Below are positions 61,063-64,000 of a DNA stretch of 64,000 bases, one piece after another. Made by a program: the position numbers and the translations under genes. The stretch is taken from positions 13,848-77,847 of the forward strand of contig PBMY01000003.1 in the NCBI GenBank assembly GCA_002722795.1, given 5' to 3'. How positions within the stretch are numbered: the first letter of the stretch is position 1; each line of letters opens with the position of its first letter. The notes under the pieces are model-generated. The model was not told the origin of the DNA, did not search any database, and saw nothing but the letters and a program-made list of their open reading frames with translations. This stretch comes from Crocinitomicaceae bacterium (lineage in GTDB: Bacteria > Bacteroidota > Bacteroidia > Flavobacteriales_D > Sanyastnellaceae).

Positions 61063-62032
61063 TTACTATGGTAGATTGAATAGCTCTTAGTTTGGCCTCT
61101 GTTTCTTCCCACTCCGAATCTATGTCAGATCCTTCAACAATTCCACCTCCAGCAAATAACTGTACACCTCCCTTTTGCCACTTTGCACATCGTAAGTTTA
61201 CATAATATGCACTGCCTGAAGCTGATTCTACACCTAAATATCCTGTGAAATACTCTCTGTTAAATCCTTCGTTGTGCATGATGAATTCACATGCCTTATT
61301 TAGAGGACGTCCACCCACGGCTGGGGTAGGGTGTAGGTCGTTTGCGAGCTCGACAATATTTCCTGTCATTGAACACCTAAACCTAGTTTCAAGGTGAACT
61401 AAATCGCCGTATGCTAAATCCTCCCTGGGCTCAATCCTTAAATCTGTTGCACCGTGATTTTCTAGTATGTTTTTAATGTAATCTGTAACCAATTCATGCT
61501 CATCGTGTTCCTTAGAAGTCCAAGGCATTGATGTAATTGAGTCCTTAGTTCTAGTGCCTGCAAGTGATACAGTCTCAACTCTGTTGTCAGAAGCTGCGAC
61601 CAATAGTTCAGGAGTAGCTCCGCACCAAACACCAATCCTTGGGTGATCTAGAAGATAGACGAAGGCATCGTTGTGGGTTTGGCATTTAGTTTTAAAAGTA
61701 TCTTCTGGAGAGTAGTGACCTTCAACACTTTTTATCCTCGAAACCACCACTTTTTCCAATTCACCGGACTCAATCAAGCCCAAAGCATTCATAACGGCTT
61801 CCCTGTGCTCATCTCTGCTAGTGCTAGTCTCACAGTAAAGCTCATCAGTAGAAATAGTCCCATTTTCAGGGAATTCAGCTTTAACTACATGGCCCTTCCA
61901 TTCAATTGAAGGGAAATCTCCATTTAATCTAAACGGAACAAACCTGAAACAAGACGTGCCACTATCAGAAGCCTCCATAGTGTATATATCTTTAGATCCT
62001 GGGGGACGCCACCATACTCGAGGATTATTCAT
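61055..62032 (-). CDS. menF: Isochorismate synthase (short form)
   Basis: Chorismate-binding block LHPTPAVGG.P ... YTGYLG ... IVEGSD...EW.ET..K. Confidence 0.85.
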   Translation of the reverse strand: MNNPRVWWRPPGSKDIYTMEASDSGTSCFRFVPFRLNGDFPSIEWKGHVVKAEFPENGTISTDELYCETSTSRDEHREAVMNALGLIESGELEKVVVSRIKSVEGHYSPEDTFKTKCQTHNDAFVYLLDHPRIGVWCGATPELLVAASDNRVETVSLAGTRTKDSITSMPWTSKEHDEHELVTDYIKNILENHGATDLRIEPREDLAYGDLVHLETRFRCSMTGNIVELANDLHPTPAVGGRPLNKACEFIMHNEGFNREYFTGYLGVESASGSAYYVNLRCAKWQKGGVQLFAGGGIVEGSDIDSEWEETEAKLRAIQSTIVNG

Positions 62033-62426
62033 TCCTAGAAATAATCATTACAGTTAATCGAGATGTACATACTAGTTTTCCGTTTTCGTCTTTGATGTCT
62101 ATAGACCAAACATGTAGCTTCCCACCTCTGTGCTTAAGAGTAGCAGTTCCAAAGACCCAACCGGATTTCACAGATCTAATGTGGTTCGCATTGATTTCTA
62201 TGCCGACAGCTCCCTTTCCTTCCTTTTCAACTAAAAAATGAGAACCTACTGAACCTAAAGTTTCTGCAAGTACGACGCTAGCACCTCCATGTAAAAGACC
62301 ATATGGTTGGTGAGTTCTTGAGTCAACTGGCATTTTGCCAATAACAATGCCATCTTCAATTGATATTAGCTTAAGACCTAATACCTCTGCAATAGTATTT
62401 TCGCTCATATAATTTAAGTCTGACAT
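62025..62426 (-). CDS. PaaI/YdiI-type hotdog-fold thioesterase (likely 1,4-dihydroxy-2-naphthoyl-CoA hydrolase)
   Basis: HQPYGLLHGGASVVLAETLGS is the hotdog thioesterase motif. It is the first gene of the men operon. Confidence 0.78.
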   Translation of the reverse strand: MSDLNYMSENTIAEVLGLKLISIEDGIVIGKMPVDSRTHQPYGLLHGGASVVLAETLGSVGSHFLVEKEGKGAVGIEINANHIRSVKSGWVFGTATLKHRGGKLHVWSIDIKDENGKLVCTSRLTVMIISRNE

Positions 62427-62612
62427 GAGAATTGTCTCTTTCTTCTACACAAACGTACACTTTTTTACCTCTGAAACCATAGTAAAATCAAGGGATTAGT
62501 AAAAAAAGATTAGTTTTTTTCAAAAAAAAGGCAACCCTGTGATAAGTGGTCCGTCTTATTTGGTGACATGGTCAATGACTATGTTGGTTTCAATTTTCTT
62601 GCAGGTATAGAT

Positions 62613-62642
62613 AAGGTCCCTCCGGGACCTTTTCTGTTTTTT
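62613..62642 (+). terminator. Orphan Rho-independent-terminator-like hairpin with no upstream plus-strand gene
   Basis: AAGGTCCC (62613-62620) pairs with GGGACCTT (62624-62631), followed by TTCTGTTTTTT. It lies 48 nt upstream of the ATG at 62690. Confidence 0.45.
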
Positions 62643-62689
62643 CATATATCTGAAGTTATATTTAGGGTTGCTAAAAACGACTTACAATC

Positions 62690-63925
62690 ATGAAGAACAT
62701 TGCTTTAACCCTAATTGCTAGCTTTTTTATAAATACAATTTTTGCTACAGACCTTTTTGTAGATCCGTATTTATCTCAAGGAAATGGAACAACTCTATTT
62801 ACTAATATTTATGACGCTGTAAACGCAGCATCAGATGGAGATAGAATATTCATTGTTGAGGGATATTATGAGGAGCCTACTTTGAATATTGTCGATAAGA
62901 GCTTAGTGTTAATTTCCCAAAACGAAGGTGGAATTATTCAACTTGATGCGAATATCCAGATAAACTTAGGTCAAGGCCAAACAGTTGAAATTATTGGTTT
63001 TGACTTTGGAAACAATTATGGTGTCGAAACAACAGGTCAAGGATCAAATTCAGATAATTTCAATACCATAAATATTATTGATTGTCAGTTGGCTTATATA
63101 AATATTGATGACAATTATTACATATTAAATTCTATCAAAAACATAGTTGATGGTTCGATTGACTTTTCAAAAGGTAATGTCGTTTTAAGCTCTTGCAATA
63201 CATTATTCGTACGTAATAATTACGGCTATAACATGTCTGAAGATGATCATATTTTAATTGCCGGTAATAATGTGAGTCATTTAATAAACATCAATACTGA
63301 GACTTTCCCAGTTATGATTGCAAATAATTATATAAATCATTTAGTATTTGCAAGGTGGAATTATAATTCTGAATTAACGAATTATATAAGAAACAATAAT
63401 TTCACAGAAGGTGGTAATATAGCTTTCATGATTGAACCACCTGCCTACAACATTGATTTTTCATCAAATATTTTTGAAGCAGGATATGCTGGGTTTTTAT
63501 ACGGAAGCAATTATAGCACTTCATATTTTAATTGGGGAGATGACTATAACTGTTGCAGTTATCAACTTTACTCTACATCTACAACTGCTTGGCCCCAAAC
63601 ACATATTTCTGGTTTCTTTAATTGGACATACAACGGTATTGATTTGCCAGCATCAAATCCATCAGGTAGAGATCCTCTTCAGTTTACTGAAATTATTGGT
63701 TCAACTGATATAATTGATGCAGGGAATCCAAATCACGAATACTACGATATTGATTTGACTATAAATGATAGGGGAGTAAACGGAGGAATGTACTCTTTGT
63801 CAAATCTTGAGCCTTCTATAAACCTTTCTAACGGCAAGGCATTCATATTCGATTTGGTGATGCCTACAGATCTATTCCAAGATCAGAACGTAGATGTAAA
63901 AGCTAAAGGATACCATAAAAACTAA
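62690..63925 (+). CDS. Secreted hypothetical protein, possibly right-handed beta-helix, rich in Asn, Ile and Tyr
   Basis: Signal peptide MKNIALTLIASFFINTIFA. The N-terminal IYDAVNAASDGDRIFIVEGYYEE resembles the start of beta-helix proteins. I saw no sorting domain. Confidence 0.5.
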   Translation: MKNIALTLIASFFINTIFATDLFVDPYLSQGNGTTLFTNIYDAVNAASDGDRIFIVEGYYEEPTLNIVDKSLVLISQNEGGIIQLDANIQINLGQGQTVEIIGFDFGNNYGVETTGQGSNSDNFNTINIIDCQLAYINIDDNYYILNSIKNIVDGSIDFSKGNVVLSSCNTLFVRNNYGYNMSEDDHILIAGNNVSHLININTETFPVMIANNYINHLVFARWNYNSELTNYIRNNNFTEGGNIAFMIEPPAYNIDFSSNIFEAGYAGFLYGSNYSTSYFNWGDDYNCCSYQLYSTSTTAWPQTHISGFFNWTYNGIDLPASNPSGRDPLQFTEIIGSTDIIDAGNPNHEYYDIDLTINDRGVNGGMYSLSNLEPSINLSNGKAFIFDLVMPTDLFQDQNVDVKAKGYHKN

Positions 63926-63929
63926 GACA

Positions 63930-64000
63930 ATGTCTCTTAGGTCCTTAGTAGGAATATTATTATTTCTTGTTCCAACTCTGACATTTTCTCAAAATGTAAC
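63930..64000 (+). CDS. 3'-truncated ORF beginning with a signal peptide
   Basis: ATG at 63930, then MSLRSLVGILLFLVPTLTFSQNV. The ORF runs off the window. Confidence 0.35.
   Translation, partial: MSLRSLVGILLFLVPTLTFSQNV

Noticed and set aside
62501-62529. Homopolymer arrangement AAAAAAAGATTAGTTTTTTTCAAAAAAAA, a potential A7/T7 hairpin.
   Set aside because: An A-T-only stem in an AT-rich promoter region. It is more likely a low-complexity or UP-element-like sequence of the divergent promoters than a structured element.
1-64000. Search for tRNA/rRNA genes, CRISPR repeats, IS elements, integrases, toxin-antitoxin pairs, restriction-modification systems or other defence systems.
   Set aside because: No intergenic space exceeds about 265 bp. 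I saw no direct-repeat arrays, transposase or recombinase motifs, or defence-associated domains. The window appears to be conserved chromosomal backbone.

Overview
The window looks like densely packed, mostly housekeeping chromosome from a moderately AT-rich member of the Bacteroidota, probably Flavobacteriia-like. Three things point to this taxon: a 1299-aa protein ending in a T9SS type-B (gliding-motility C-terminal) sorting domain, TAnnTTTG-type -7 promoter boxes, and typical Bacteroidota conserved families (BatA-domain, DUF3467, DUF3127, TIGR02757, bacterial GH3-family, DUF368). About 60 genes can be called, many with 1-22 nt start/stop overlaps. They include:
- A glycan-trimming and sugar-salvage cluster: GHMP-kinase/nucleotidyltransferase fusion, cutC, GH20, GH2.
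- rpsT, a decayed radC, and wecB with coupled unknown genes.
- A murQ-aroE-DUF368-rhodanese-comA string.
- glmM, a cysteine desulfurase and a GH3-family gene.
- A K+-dependent-type membrane pyrophosphatase.
- etfBA, purE, fabD, mnmE, trhO, sucD, folK, sppA and accA.
- A complete menaquinone operon: thioesterase-menF-menD-menB-menA-menC/E.

I found no tRNA, rRNA, CRISPR array, transposase, integrase, phage gene or recognisable defence system. No intergenic gap exceeds about 265 bp. I therefore do not think this window holds a large novel accessory system.

The most unusual observations are:
1. One uninterrupted 870-codon ORF fusing MenC, MenE and an RdgB/HAM1 ITPase.
2. A radC gene interrupted by three in-frame stop codons and no frameshift.
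3. A 52-residue His/Asp/Glu-rich tail on the pyrophosphatase.
4. A dihydroorotase homologue lacking three of six metal ligands, overlapping a BatA-like membrane protein gene.
5. A ComA (phosphosulfolactate synthase) and rhodanese pair.
6. An orphan terminator-like hairpin in the largest intergenic gap, just before a visibly more AT-rich block of secreted-protein genes at the 3' edge.

All product calls come from motif recognition by eye. No database search was run.
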